This document shows positions 15,001 through 30,000 of a stretch of 63,901 nucleotides of DNA, in pieces. This stretch comes from Eledone cirrhosa (taxonomy: Eukaryota), in contig OZ024745.1 of NCBI GenBank assembly GCA_964016885.1, positions 11,718,001 to 11,781,901 of the forward strand, written 5' to 3'. A program made the translations under genes and the position numbers. Each line of letters opens with the position of its first letter. Positions within the stretch are counted from its first letter, which is position 1. The notes beneath the pieces were generated by a model. It searched no databases and was not told the DNA's origin. It saw only the letters and a program-made list of their open reading frames with translations.

Positions 15001-18000
15001 CTTACAGTCGTTACCATCACTACTACAGTCAACACTAAACCTACCAAACTTACAGTCGTTACTATCACTACTACAGTCAACACTAAACCTACCAAACTTA
15101 CAGTCGTTACCATCACTACTACAGTCAACACTAAACCTACCAAACTTACAGTCGTTACCATCACTACAACAGTCAACACTAAACCTACCAAACTTACTGT
15201 CGTTACCATCACTACTACAGTCAACACTAAACCTACCAAACTTACAGTCGTTACCATCACTACAACAGTCAACACTAAACCTACCAAACTTACAGTCGTT
15301 ATTATCACTACAACATTCAACACTAAACCTACCAAACTTACAGTCGTTACCATCACTACTACAGTCAACACTAAACCTCCCAAACTTACAGTCGTTACCA
15401 TCACTACAACAGTCAACACTAAACCTAACAAACTTACAGTCGTTACCATCACTACTACAGTCGACACTAAACCTACCAAACTTACAGTCGTTACCATCAC
15501 TACTACAGTCAACACTAAACCTACCAAACTTACAGTCGTTACCATCACTACAACAGTCAACACTAAACCTACCAAACTTACAGTCGTTACCATCACTACA
15601 ACAGTCAACACTAAACCTACCAAACTTACAGTCGTTACCATCACTACAACAGTCAACACTAAACCTACCAAAACTTACAGTCGTTACCATCACTACTACA
15701 GTCAATACTAAAACTACCAAACTTACAGTCGTTACCATCACTACAACAGTCAACACTAAACCTACCAAACTTACAGTCGTTACCATCACTACAACAGTCA
15801 ACACTAAACCTACCAAACTTACAGTCGTTACCATCACTACAACAGTCAACACTAAACCTACCAAACTTACAGTCGTTACCATCACTACTACAGTCAACAC
15901 TAAATCTACCAAACTTACAGTCGTTACCATCACTACAACAGTCAACACTAAACCTACCAAACTTACAGTCGTTACTATCACTACAACAGTCAACACTAAA
16001 CCTACCAAACTTACAGTCGTTACCATCACTACTACAGTCAACACTAAACCTACCAAACTTACCGTCGTTACCATCACTACAACAGTCAACACTAAACCTA
16101 CCAAACTTACAGTCGTTACCATCACTACAACAGTCAACACTAAACCTACCAAACTTACAGTAGTTACCATCACTACTACAGTCAACAATAAACCTACCAA
16201 ACTTACAGTCGTTACCATCACTACAACAGTCAACACTAAACCTACCAAACTTACAGTCGTTACCATCACTACTACAGTCAACACTAAAACTACCAAACTT
16301 ACAGTCGTTACCATCACTAATACAGTCAACACTAAAACTACCAAACTTACAGTCGTTACCATCACTACTACAGTCAACACTAAACCTACCAAACTTAGTC
16401 GTTACCATCACTACTACAGTCAACACTAAACCTACCAAACTTACAGTCGTTACCAACACTACTACAGTCAACACTAAAACTACCAAACTTACAGTCGTTA
16501 CCATCACTACAACAGTCAACACTAAAACTACCAAACTTACAGTCGTTACCATCACTACAACAGTCAACACTAAACCTACCAAACTTACAGTCGTTACCAT
16601 CACTACTACAGTCAACACTAAAACTACCAAACTTACAGTCGTTACCATCACTACAACAGTCAACACTAAACCTACCAAACTTACAGTCGTTACCATCACT
16701 ACTACAGTCAACACTAAACCTACCAAACTTACAGTCGTTACCATCACTACAACAGTCAACACTAAACCTACCAAACTTACAGTCGTTACCATCAATACTA
16801 CATTCAACACTAAACCTACCAAACTTACAGTCGTTACCATCACTACTACAGTCAACACTAAACCTACCAAACTTACAGTCGTTATCATCACTACAACAGT
16901 CAACACTAAACCTACCAAACTTACAGTCGTTACCATCACTACTACAGTCGACACTAAAGCTACCAAACTTACAGTCGTTACCATCACTACTACAGTCAAC
17001 ACTAAACCTACCAAACTTACAGTCGTTACCATCACTACAACAGTCAACACTAAACCTACCAAACTTACAGTCGTTATCATCACTACAACAGTCAACACTA
17101 AACCTACCAAACTTACAGTCGTTACCATCACTACAACAGTCAACACTAAACCTACCAAAACTTACAGTCGTTACCATCACTACTACAGTCAACACTAAAA
17201 CTACCAAACTTACAGTCGTTACCATCACTACTACAGTCAACACTAAAACTACCAAACTTACAGTCGTTACCATCACTACTACAGTCAACACTAAACCTAT
17301 CAAACTTACAGTCGTTACCATCACTACTACAGTCAACACTAAACCTACCAAACTTACAGTCGTTACCATCACTACAACAGTCAACACTAAACCTACCAAA
17401 CTTACAGTCGTTACCATCACTACTACAATCAACACTAAACCTACCAAACTTACAGTCGTTACTATCACTACAACAGTCAACACTAAACCTACCAAACTTA
17501 CAGTCGTTACCATCACTACTACAGTCAACACTAAACCTACCAAACTTACAGTCGTTACCATCACTACAACAGTCAACACTAAACCTACCAAACTTACAGT
17601 CGTTACCATCAATACTACAGTCAACACTAAACCTACCAAACTTACAGTCGTTACCATCACTACAACATTCAACACTAAACCTACCAAACTTACAGTCGTT
17701 ACCATCACTACTACAGTCAACACTAAACCTACCAAACTTACAGTCGTTACCATCACTACAACAGTCAACACTAAACCTACCAAACTTACAGTCGTTACCA
17801 TCACTACTACAGTCGACACTAAAGCTACCAAACTTACAGTCGTTACCATCACTACTACAGTCAACACTAAACCTACCAAACTTACAGTCGTTACCATCAC
17901 TACAACAGTCAACACTAAACCTACCAAAACTTACAGTCGTTACCATCACTACTACAGTCAACACTAAAACTACCAAACTTACAGTCGTTACCATCACTAC

Positions 18001-21000
18001 TACAGTCAACACTAAAACTACCAAACTTACAGTCGTTACCATCACTACTACAGTCAACACTAAACCTACCAAACTTACAGTCGTTACCATCACTACTACA
18101 GTCAACACTAAACCTACCAAACTTACAGTCGTTACCATCACTACTACAGTCAACACTAAAACTACCAAACTTACAGTCGTTACCATCACTACAACAGTCA
18201 ACACTAAACCTACCAAACTTATAGTCGTTACCATCACTACAACAGTCAACACTAAACCTACCAACCTTACAGTCGTTACCATCACTACAACAGTCAACAC
18301 TAAACCTACCAAACTTACAGTCGTTACCATCACTACTACAGTCAACACTAAACCTACCAAACTTACAGTCGTTACTATCACTACAACAGTCAACACTAAA
18401 CCTACCAAACTTACAGTCGTTACCATCACTACTACAGTCAACACTAAACCTACCAAACTTACAGTCGTTACCATCACTACAACAGTCAACACTAAACCTA
18501 CCAAACTTACGGTCGTTACTATCACTGCAACAGTCAACACTAAACCTACCAAACTTACAGTCGTTACCATCACTACTACAGTCAACACTAAACCTACCAA
18601 ACTTACAGTCATTACCATCACTACAACAGTCAACACTAAACCTACCAAACTTACAGTCGTTACCATCACTACAACAGTCAACACTAAACCTACCAAACTT
18701 ACAGTCGTTACCATCACTACTACAGTCAACAATAAACCTACCAAACTTACAGTCGTTACCATCACTACTACAGTCAACACTAAACCTACCAAACTTACAG
18801 TCGTTGCCATCACTACTACAGTCAACACTAAAACTACCAAACTTACAGTCGTTACCATCACTAATACAGTCAACACTAAAACTACCAAACTTACAGTCGT
18901 TACCATCACTACTACAGTCAACACTAAACCTACCAAACTTACAGTCGTTACCATCACTACTACAGTCAACACTAAACCTACCAAACTTACAGTCGTTACC
19001 ATCACTACTACATTCAACACTAAAACTACTAAACTTACAGTCGTTACCATCACTACAACAGTCAACACTAAAACTACCAAACTTACAGTCGTTACCATCA
19101 CTACAACAGTCAACACTAAACCTACCAAACTTACAGTCGTTACCATCACTACAACAGTTAACACTAAACCTACCAAACTTACAGTCGTTACCATCACTAC
19201 TACAGTCAACACTAAACCTACCAAACTTACAGTCGTTACTATCACTACAACAGTCAACACTAAACCTACCAAACTTACAGTCGTTACCATCACTACTACA
19301 GTCAACACTAAACCTACCAAACTTACAGTCGTTACTATCACTACAACAGTCAACACTAAACCTACCAAACTTACAGTCGTTACCATCACTACAACAGTCA
19401 ACACTAAACCTACCAAACTTACAGTCGTTACTATCACTACAACAGTCAACACGAAACCTACCAAACTTACAGTCGTTCCCATCACTACTACAGTCAACAC
19501 CACACCTACCAAACTTACAGTCGTTACTACCACTACAACAGTCAACACTAAACCTACCAAACTTACAGTCGTTACCATCACTACAACAGTCAACACTAAT
19601 CCTACCAAACTTACAGTCGTTACCATCACTACAACAGTCAACACTAAACCTACCAAACTTACAGTCGTCACAATCACTACAACAGTCAACACTAAACCTA
19701 CCAAACTTACAGTCGTTACCATCACTACAACAGTCAACATAAACCTACCAAATTTACAGTCGTTACTATCACTACAACAGTCAACACTAAACCTACCAAA
19801 CTTACAGTCGTTACCATCACTACTACAGTCAACACTAAACCTACCAAACTTACAGTCGTTACTATCACTACAACAGTCAACGCTAAACCTACAAAACTTA
19901 CAGTCGTTACCATCACTACAACAGTCAACACTAAACCTACCAAACTTACAGTCGTTACTATCACTACTACAGTCAACACTAAACCTACCAAACTTACAGC
20001 CGTTACCATCACTACAACAGTCAACACTAAACCTACCAAACTTACAGCCGTTACCATCACTACAACAGTCAACACTAAACCTACCAAACTTACAGTCGTT
20101 ACCATCACTACTACAGTCAACACTAAACCTACCAAACTTACAGTCGTTACCATCACTACAACAGTCAACACTAAACCTACCAAACTTACAGTCGTTACCA
20201 TCAATACTACAGTCAACACTAAACCTACCAAACTTACAGTCGTTACCATCACTACAACATTCAACACTAAACCTACCAAACTTACAGTCGTTACCATCAC
20301 TACAACAGTCAACACTAAACCTACCAAACTTACAGTCTTTACCATCACTACTACAGTCAACACTAAACCTACCAAACCTACAGTCGTTACTATCACTACA
20401 ACAGTCAACACTAAACCTACCAGACTTACAGTCGTTACCATCACTACAACAGTCAACACTAAACCTACCAAACTTACAGTCGTTACTATCACTACAATAT
20501 TCAACACTAAACCTACCAAACTTACAGTCGTCACCATCACTACAACAGTCAACACTAAACCTACCAAACTTACAGTCGTTACCATCACTACTACAGTCAA
20601 CACTAAACCTACCAAACTTACAGTCGTTACCATCACTACAACAGTCGACACTAAACCTACCAAACTTACAGTCGTTACTATCACTACAATATTCAACACT
20701 AAACCTACCAAACTTACAGTCGTTACCATCACTACAACAGTCAACACTAAACCTACCAAACTTACAGTCGTTACTATCACTACAATATTCAACACTAAAC
20801 CTACCAAACTTACAGTCGTCACCATCACTACAACAGTCAACACTAAACCTACCAAACTTACAGTCGTTACCATCACTACTACAGTCAACACTAAACCTAC
20901 CAAACTTACAGTCGTTACCATCACTACAACAGTCGACACTAAACCTACCAAACTTACAGTCGTTACTATCACTACAATATTCAACACTAAACCTACCAAA

Positions 21001-24000
21001 CTTACAGTCGTAACCATCACTACAATATTCTACACTAAACCTACCAAACTTACAGTCGTTACAATCACTACTACAGTCAACTCTAAACCTACCAAACTTA
21101 CAGTCGTTACCATCACTACAACAGTCAACACTAAACCTACCAAATTTACAGTCGTTACTATCACTACAACAGTCAACACTAAACCTACCAAACTTACAGT
21201 CGTTACCATCACTACTACCGTCAACACTAAACCTACCAAACTTACAGTCGTTACCATCACTACTACAGTCAACACTAAACCTACCAAACTTACAGTCGTT
21301 ACCATCACTACTACAGTCAACACTAAAACTACCAAACTTACAGTCGTTACCATCACTACTGCAGTCAACACTAAAACTACCAAACTTACAGTCGTTACCA
21401 TCACTACAACAGTCAACACTAAACCTACCAAATTTACAGTCGTTACTATCACTACAACAGTCAACACTAAACCTACCAAACTTACAGTCGTTACCATCAC
21501 TACTACAGTCAACACTAAACCTACCAAACTTACAGTCGTTACCATCACAACTACAGTCAACACTAAACCTACCAATCTTACAGTCGTTACCATCACTACT
21601 ACAGTCAACACTAAAACTACCAAACTTACAGTCGTTACCATCACTACTACAGTCAACACTAAAACTACCAAAGTTACAGTCGTTACCATCACTACTACAG
21701 TCAACACTAAACCTACCAAACTTACAGTCGTTACCATCAATACAACAGTCACACTAAACCTACCAAACTTACAGTCGTTACCATCACTACTACAGTCAAC
21801 ACTAAACCTACCAAACTTACAGTCGTTACCATCACTACAACAGTCAACACTAAAACTACCAAACTTACAGTCGTTACCATCACTAATACAGTCAACACTA
21901 AACCTACCAAACTTACAGTCGTTACCATCACTAATACAGTCAACACTAAACCTACCAAACTTAGAGTCGTTACCATCACTACAACAGTCAACACTAAACC
22001 TACCAAACTTACAGTCGTTACCATCACTACTACAGTCAACACTAAACCTACCAAACTTACAGTCGTTAACATCACTAGAACAGTCAACACTAAACCTACC
22101 AAACTTACAGTCGTTACCATCACTACAACATTCAACACTAAACCTACAAAAATTACAGTCGTTACAATCACTACTACAGCAAACACTAAACCTACCAAAC
22201 TTACAGTCGTTACCATCACTACAACAGTCAACACTAAACCTACCAAACTTACAGTCGTTACCATCACTACTACAGTCAACATTAAACCTACCAAACTTAC
22301 AGTCGTTACCATCACTACAACAGTCAACACTAAACCTACCAAACTTACAGTCGTTACCATCAATACTACAGTCAACACTAAACCTACCAAACTTACAGTC
22401 GTTACCATCACTACAACATTCAACACTAAACCTACCAAACTTACAGTCGTTACCATCACTACTACAGTCAACACTAAACCTACCAAACTTACAGTCGTTA
22501 CCATCACTACAACAGTCAACACTAAACCTACCAAACTTACAGTCGTTACCATCACTACTACAGTCAACACTAAACCTACCAAACCTACAGTCGTTACTAT
22601 CAATACAACAGTCAACACTAAACCTACCAAACTTACAGTCGTTAGCATCACTACTACAGTCAACACTAAACCTACCAAACTTACAGTCGTTACTATCACT
22701 ACAACAGTCAACACTAAACCTACCAAACTTACAGTCGTTACCATCACTACAACAGTCAACACTAAACCTACCAAACTTACAGTCGTTACTATCACTACAA
22801 TATTCAACACTAAACCTACCAAACTTACAGTCGTCACCATCACTACAACAGTCAACACTAAACCTACCAAACTTACAGTCGTTACCATCACTACTACAGT
22901 CAACACTAAACCTACCAAACTTACAGTCGTTACCATCACTACAACAGTCGACACTAAACCTACCAAACTTACAGTCGTTACTATCACTACAATATTCAAC
23001 ACTAAACCTACCAAACTTACAGTCGTTACCATCACTACAACATTCAACACTAAACCTACCAAACTTACAGTCGTTACCATCACTACTACAGTCAACACTA
23101 AACCTACCAAACTTACAGTCGTTACCATCACTACAACAGTCAACACTAAACCTACCAAACTTATAGTCGTTACCATCACTACTACAGTCAACACTAAACC
23201 TACCAAACTTACAGTCGTTACCATCACTACAACAGTCAACACTAAACCTACCAAACTTACAGTCGTTAACATCAATACTACAGTCAACACTAAACCTACC
23301 AAACTTACAGTCGTTACCATCACTACAACATTCAACACTAAACCTACCAAACTTACAGTCGTTACCATCACTACTACAGTCAACACTAAACCTACCAAAC
23401 CTACAGACGTTACTATCACTACAACAGTCAACACTAAACCTACCAAACTTACAGTCGTTACCATCACTACTACAGTCAACACTAATCCTACCAAACTTAC
23501 AGTCGTTACTATCACTACAACAGTCAACACTAAACCTACCAAACTTACAGTCGTTACCATCACTACAACAGTCAACACTAAACCTACCAAACTTACAGTC
23601 GTTACTATCACTACAATATTCAACACTAAACCTACCAAACTTACAGTCGTTACCATCACTACAACAGTCAACACTAAACCTACCAAACTTACAGTCGTTA
23701 CCATCACTACAACAGTCAACACTAAACCTACCAAACTTACAGTCGTTACCATCACTACAACAGTCAACACTAAACCTACCAAACTTACAGTCGTTACCAT
23801 CACTACAACATTTAACACTAAACCTACCAAACTTACAGTCGTTACCATCACTACTACAGTCAACACTAAACCTACCAAACTTACAGTCGTTACCATCACT
23901 ACAACAGTCAACACTAAACCTACCAAACTTACAGTCGTTACCATCACTACTACAGTCGACACTAAACCTACCAAACTTACAGTCGTTACCATCACTACTA

Positions 24001-27000
24001 CAGTCAACACTAAACCTACCAAACTTACAGTCGTTACCATCACTACAACAGTCAACACTAAACCTACCAAACATACAGTCGTTACCATCACTACTACAGT
24101 CAAAACTAAACCTACCAAACTTACAGTCGTTACCATCACTACAACAGTCAACACTAAACCTACCAAACTTACAGTCGTTACCATCACTACTACAGTCGAC
24201 ACTAAACCTACCAAACTTACAGTCGTTACCATCACTACTACAGTCAACACTAAACCTACCAAACTTACAGTCGTTACCATCACTACAACAGTGAACACTA
24301 AACCTACCAAACTTACAGTCGTTATCATCACTACAACAGTCAACACTAAACCTACCAAACTTACAGTCGTTACCATCACTAATACAGTCAACACTAAACC
24401 TATCAAATTTAGAGTCGTTACCATCACTACAACAGTCAACACTAAACCTACCAAACTTACAGTCGTTACCATCACTACAACATTCAACACTAAACCTACA
24501 AAAATTACAGTCGTTACAATCACTACTACAACAAACACTAAACCTACCAAACTTACAGTCGTTACCATCACTACAACAGTCAACACTAAACCTACCAAAC
24601 TTACAGTCGTTACTATCACTACTACAGTCAACACTAAACCTACCAAACTTACAGTCGTTACCATCAATACAACAGTCAACACTAAACCTACCAAACTTAC
24701 AGTCGTTACCATCACTACTACAGTCAACACTAAACCTACCAAACTTACAGTCGTTACCATCACTACAACAGTCAACACTAAACCTACCAAACTTACAGTC
24801 GTTACCATCACTACAACAGTCAACACTAAACCTACCAAACTTACAGTCGTTACCATCACTACAACATTCAACACTAAACCTACCAAACTTACAGTCGTTA
24901 CCATCACTACTACAGTCAACACTAAACCTACCAAACTTACAGTCGTTACCATCACTACAACAGTCAACACTAAACCTACCAAACTTACAGTCGTTACCAT
25001 CACTACTACAGTCGACACTAAACCTACCAAACTTACAGTCGTTACCATCACTACTACAGTCAACACTAAACCTACCAAACTTACAGTCGTTACCATCACT
25101 ACAACAGTCAACACTAAACCTACCAAACTTACAGTCGTTATCATCACTACAACAGTCAACACTAAACCTACCAAACTTACAGTCGTTACCATCACTACAA
25201 CAGTCAACACTAAACCTACCAAACATACAGTCGTTACCATCACTACTACAGTCAAAACTAAACCTACCAAACTTACAGTCGTTACCATCACTACAACAGT
25301 CAACACTAAACCTACCAAACTTACAATCGTTACCATCACTACTACAGTCGACACTAAACCTACCAAACTTACAGTCGTAACCATCACTACTACAGTCAAC
25401 ACTAAACCTACCAAACTTACAGTCGTTACCATCACTACAACAGTGAACACTAAACCTACCAAACTTACAGTCGTTATCATCACTACAACAGTCAACACTA
25501 AACCTACCAAACTTACAGTCGTTACCATCACTAATACAGTCAACACTAAACCTATCAAACTTAGAGTCGTTACCATCACTACAACAGTCAACACTAAACC
25601 TACAAAAATTACAGTCGTTACAATCATTACTACAACAAACACTAAACCTACCAAACTTACAGTCGTTACCATCACTACAACAGTCAACACTAAACCTACC
25701 AACCTTACAGTCGTTACTATCACTACTACAGTCAACACTAAACCTACCAAACTTACAGTCGTTACCATCACTACAACAGTCAACTCTAAACCTACCAAAC
25801 TTACAGTCGTTACCATCAATACTACAGTCAACACTAAACCTACCAAACTTACAGTCGTTACCATCACTACAACAGTCAACACTAAACCTACCAAACTTAC
25901 AGTCGTTACCATCAATACTACAGTCAACACTAAACCTACCAAACTTACAGTCGTTACCATCACTACAACAGTCAACACTAAACCTACCAAACTTACAGTC
26001 GTTACCATCACTACTACAGTCGACACTAAACCTACCAAACTTACAGTCGTTACCATCACTACTACAGTCAACACTAAACCTACCAAACTTACAGTCGTTA
26101 CCATCACTACAACAGTCAACACTAAACCTACCAAACTTACAGTCGTTATCATCACTACAACAGTCAACACTAAACCTACCAAACTTACAGTCGTTACCAT
26201 CACTACAACAGTCAACACTAAACCTACCAAACTTACAGTCGTTACCATCACTACAACAGTCAACACTAAACCTACCAAACTTACAGTCGTTACCATCACT
26301 ACTACAGTCAACACTAAACCTACCAAACTTACAGTCGTTACTATCACTACAACAGTCAACACTAAACCTACCAAACTTACAGTCGTTACCATCACTACTA
26401 CAGTCAACACTAAACCTACCAAACTTACAGTCGTTACTATCACTACAACAGTCAACACTAAACCTACCAAACTTACAGTCGTTACCATCACTACAACAGT
26501 CAACACTAAACCTACCAAACTTACAGTCGTTACTATCACTACAATATTCAACACTAAACCTACCAAACTTACAGTCGTTACCATCACTACTACAGTCAAC
26601 ACTAAACCTACCAAACTTACAGTCCTTACCATCACTAATACAGTCAACACTAAACCTACCAAACTTAGAGTCGTTACCATCACTACAACAGTCAACACTA
26701 AACCTACCAAACTTACAGTCGTTACCATCACTACTACAGTCAACACTAAACCTACCAAACTTACAGTCGTTAACATCACTACAACAGTCAACACTAAACC
26801 TACCAAACTTACAGTCGTTACCATCACTACAACATTCAACACTAAACCTACAAAAATTACAGTCGTTACAATCACTACTACAGCAAACACTAAACCTACC
26901 AAACTTACAGTCGTTACCATCACTACAACAGTCAACACTAAACCTACCAAACTTACAGTCGTTACCATCACTACTACAGTCAACACTAAACCTACCAAAC

Positions 27001-30000
27001 TTACAGTCGTTACCATCACTACAACAGTCAACACTAAACCTACCAAACTTACAGTCGTTACCATCAATACTACAGTCAACACTAAACCTACCAAACTTAC
27101 AGTCGTTACCATCACTACAACATTCAACACTAAACCTACCAAACTTGCAGTCGTTACCATCACTACTACAGTCAACACTAAACCTACCAAACTTACAGTC
27201 GTTACCATCACTACAACAGTCAACACTAAACCTACCAAACTTGCAGTCGTTACCATCACTACTACAGTCGACACTAAACCTACCAAACTTACAGTCGTTA
27301 CCTTCACTACTACAGTCAACACTAAACCTACCAAACTTACAGTCGTTACCATCACTACAACAGTCAACACTAAACCTACCAAACTTACAGTCGTTATCAT
27401 CACTACAACAGTCAACACTAAACCTACCAAACTTACAGTCGTTACCATCACTACAACAGTCAACACTAAACCTACCAAACATACAGTCGTTACCATCACT
27501 ACTACAGTCAAAACTAAACCTACCAAACTTACAGTCGTTACCATCACTACTACAGTCAACACTAAACCTACCAAACTTACAGTCGTTACCATCACTACTA
27601 CAGTCAACACTAAAACTACCAAACTTACAGTCGTTACTATCACTAATACAGTCAACACTAAAACTACCAAACTTACAGTCGTTACCATCACTACTACAGT
27701 CAACACTAAACCTACCAAACTTACAGTCGTTACCATCACTACTACAGTCAACACTAAACCTACCAAACTTACAGTCGTTACCATCACTACTACAGTCAAC
27801 ACTAAAACTACCAAACTTACAGTCGTTACCATCACTACAACAGTCAACACTAAAACTACCAAACTTACAGTCGTTACCATCACTACAACAGTCAACACTA
27901 AACCTACCAAACTTACAGTCGTTACCATCACTACAACAGTCAACACTAAACCTACCAAACTTACAGTCGTTACCATCACTACTACAGTCAACACTAAACC
28001 TACCAAACTTACAGTCGTTACTATCACTACAACAGTCAACACTAAACCTACCAAACTTACAGTCGTTACCATTACTATTACAGTCAACACTAAACCTACC
28101 AAACTTACAGTCGTTAATATCACTACAACAGTCAACACTAAACCTAACAAACTTACAGTCGTTACCATCACTACAACAGTCAACACTAAACCTACCAAAC
28201 TTACAGTCGTTACTATCACTACAACAGTCAACACTAAACCTACCAAACTTACAGTCGTTACCATCACTACTACAGTCAACACTAAACCTACCAACTTACA
28301 GTCGTTACTATCACTACAACAGTCAACAATAAACCTACCAAACTTACAGTCGTTACCATCACTACAACAGTCAACACTAAAACTACCAAACTTACAGTCG
28401 TTACTATCACTACAACAGTCAACACTAAACCTACCAAACTTACAGTCGTTACCATCACTACTACAGTCAACACTAAACCTACCAAACTTACAGTCGTTAA
28501 CATCACTACAACAGTCAACACTAAACTACCAAACTTACAGTCGTTACCATCACTACAACATTCAACACTAAACCTACAAAAATTACAGTCGTTACAATCA
28601 CTACTACAGCCAAGACTAACCTACCAAACTTACAGTCGTTACCATCACTACAACAGTCAACACTAAACCTACCAAACTTACAGTCGTTACCATCACTACT
28701 ACAGTCGACACTAAACCTACCAAACTTACAGTCGTTACCATCACTACAACAGTCAACACTAAACCTACCAAACTTACAGTCGTTACCATCAATACTACAG
28801 TCAACACTAAACCTACCAAACTTACAGTCGTTACCATCACTACAACATTCAACACTAAACCTACCAAACTTACAGTCGTTACCATCACTACTACAGTCAA
28901 CACTAAACCTACCAAACTTACAGTCGTTACCATCACTACAACAGTCAACACTAAACCTACCAAACTTACAGTCGTTACCATCACTACAACAGTCAACACT
29001 AAACCTACCAAACTTACAGTCGTTACCATCACTACTACAGTCAACACTAAACCTACCAAACTTACAGTCGTTACTATCACTACAACAGTCAACACTAAAC
29101 CTACCAAACTTACAGTCGTTACCATCACTACTACAGTCAACACTAAACCTACCAAACTTACAGTCGTTACTATCACTACAACAGTCAACACTAAACCTAC
29201 CAAACTTACAGTCGTTACCATCACTACAACAGTCAACACTAAACCTACCAAACTTACAGTCGTTACTATCACTACAATATTCAACACTAAACCTACCAAA
29301 CTTACAGTCGTTACCATCACTACAACAGTCAACACTAAACCTACCAAACTTACAGTCGTTACCATCACTACTACAGTCAACACTAAACCTACCAAACTTA
29401 CAGTCGTTAACATCACTACAACAGTCAACACTAAACCTACCAAACTTACAGTCGTTACCATCACTACAACATTCAACACTAAACCTACAAAAATTACAGT
29501 CGTTACAATCACTACTACAGCAAACACTAAACCTACCAAACTTACAGTCGTTACCATCACTACAACAGTCAACACTAAACCTACCAAACTTACAGTCGTT
29601 ACCATCACTACTACAGTCAACACTAAACCTACCAAACTTACAGTCGTTACTATCACTACAACAGTCAACACTAAACCTACCAAACTTACAGTCGTTACCA
29701 TCACTACTACAGTCAACACTAAACCTACCAAACTTACAGTCGTTACTATCACTACAACAGTCAACACTAAACCTACCAAACTTACAGTCGTTACCATCAC
29801 TACAACAGTCAACACTAAACCTACCAAACTTACAGTCGTTACTATCACTACAATATTCAACACTAAACCTACCAAACTTACAGTCGTTACCATCACTACA
29901 ACAGTCAACACTAAACCTACCAAACTTACAGTCGTTACCATCACTACTACAGTCAACACTAAACCTACCAAACTTACAGTCGTTAACATCACTACAACAG

